Origin: Selaginella moellendorffii
Lineage: Eukaryota > Plantae > Lycopodiophyta
DNA: 64,000 bases
Assembly: GCF_000143415.4 (NCBI RefSeq)
Contig: NW_003314283.1
Span: forward strand, 196,752 to 260,751
Direction: 5' to 3'
The position numbers and the translations under genes are program-made. Shown in pieces: positions 62,971 through 64,000 of this stretch (position 1 is the stretch's first letter; each line of letters begins with the position of its first letter). Below the pieces are notes generated by a model. The model saw nothing but the letters and a program-made list of their open reading frames with translations, was not told the DNA's origin and searched no databases.

Positions 62971-64000
62971 TCTGGGTGCGCTCGCGCGACTGGTACGCAA
63001 AAAAAAGAGAAGAACACATTGTCATGGCGATTAGCTAATGAGTAGTTGCAGGAAAAAACGCATCTCAGGACTGAAGTTTCCAACAAGTTCATGTAAGAAC
63101 CCTGTTTAAGGTGCCTCTTGATTGTGTCTCTTCATCATTTCCTATACTAATCCTAAAATTATAGAGAAATCGCGAATGGTGGCGGCCGATTCTCTCGAAT
63201 TGAATGAGCTTTATTCGCTTCATCAAGGTTGGATGAGTGAGAGCGAAGATCTGTCTTCCATTAAACAGATGCCAAGCTAATTATTGAGGAGAAATTCCAC
63301 ACTCCCATTTTTTCCCGGAAGCATGATGAAAAACTTTCCAAGCTAAGAGCAAGACCGGACTCTATGAATGGCTAGCTATCAGCTTTTTATTTTCTTTTCT
63401 ATGTTTTTTCCTTCGTACTTGGGCTGGAAAATCAGTGCAAACATGATGGTGGTGGATCCTTTCAGGTGGTGAAAGTGGTAAAAGTGGTGTGGAGTGGAAT
63501 AATGCTGATGAGTTTGGACATGACTCATGAGGGGAGAGCGTTATCTTCTTGTCATGTTATTTAAATGGTACACACTGAGTAGAAGCATAGAGATATTCCC
63601 TCCACCAAGCAAGAAAACAAGCTATTTTAGCTTGGTCCCAATGAGAGAATCATCAAAATCTTCAAGGCTCTCTCTCTCTCTTTTCCTTTGAATTTATCTC
63701 CTTCAACAGAAAGAAACAAGAAACAAAGGGTGGGCTATGCTCTGAGGGGAGCTTCTTTTTTGTTTGGGCTTTTGGTACTTTGTCATCTGGAGTTTGTTGT
63801 TTCTTGACTGGAGAAAGAATGAATGGATTCTTTTCAACTCTATTCTCTTTTTCTCTATCTACTAACTCCTCTGGATGGAGAATATGATCGCCTGATTGAG
63901 GCAGTTTCTCAATCACTTATATTCGATCCAGCAAAGAAACAGCAGAGGAAAAAGTGGCACACTTTACATTTTGCCCTTCCACCACCAAGAGCTATTGCAC

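Noticed and set aside
63662-63916. 84-aa minus-strand ORF at the window end
   Set aside because: May be an exon of a gene extending beyond the window, but no domain or gene structure can be supported.

Overview
Land-plant nuclear DNA. The very short introns (about 45-75 nt) and intergenic gaps under 200 bp suggest a lycophyte such as Selaginella (inference). Bases 1-3.9 kb are AT-rich non-coding sequence. Bases 4-22 kb are a dense gene block: an intron-bearing YebC/TACO1 pseudogene, HASTY (exportin-5), a TBL O-acetyltransferase, two tandem GFA2-type DnaJ genes, an RlmI-like methyltransferase, DHU1 (LRR+WD40) and an F-box/LRR gene. Bases about 23-61 kb are a nested LTR-retroelement island built inside one old Ty3/gypsy pol. 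About 12 younger insertions can be traced, most by 5-bp target-site duplications (TSDs); they belong to non-autonomous families here labelled LTR A, B, C, E and internal region D. An LdpA-like Fe-S gene lies at 61.1-63.0 kb. Most notable: a 136-bp inversion shown by swapped TSDs and a restored integrase reading; telomere repeats filling a 944-bp deletion; a chimeric element with two primer-binding sites (PBS) and swapped LTRs; an insertion hotspot in LTR B; a five-hairpin structure with Pol III-like boxes; and a TRIM interior resembling a tRNA B-box plus a CORE-SINE-like stem-loop. All coordinates and alignments were done by eye.
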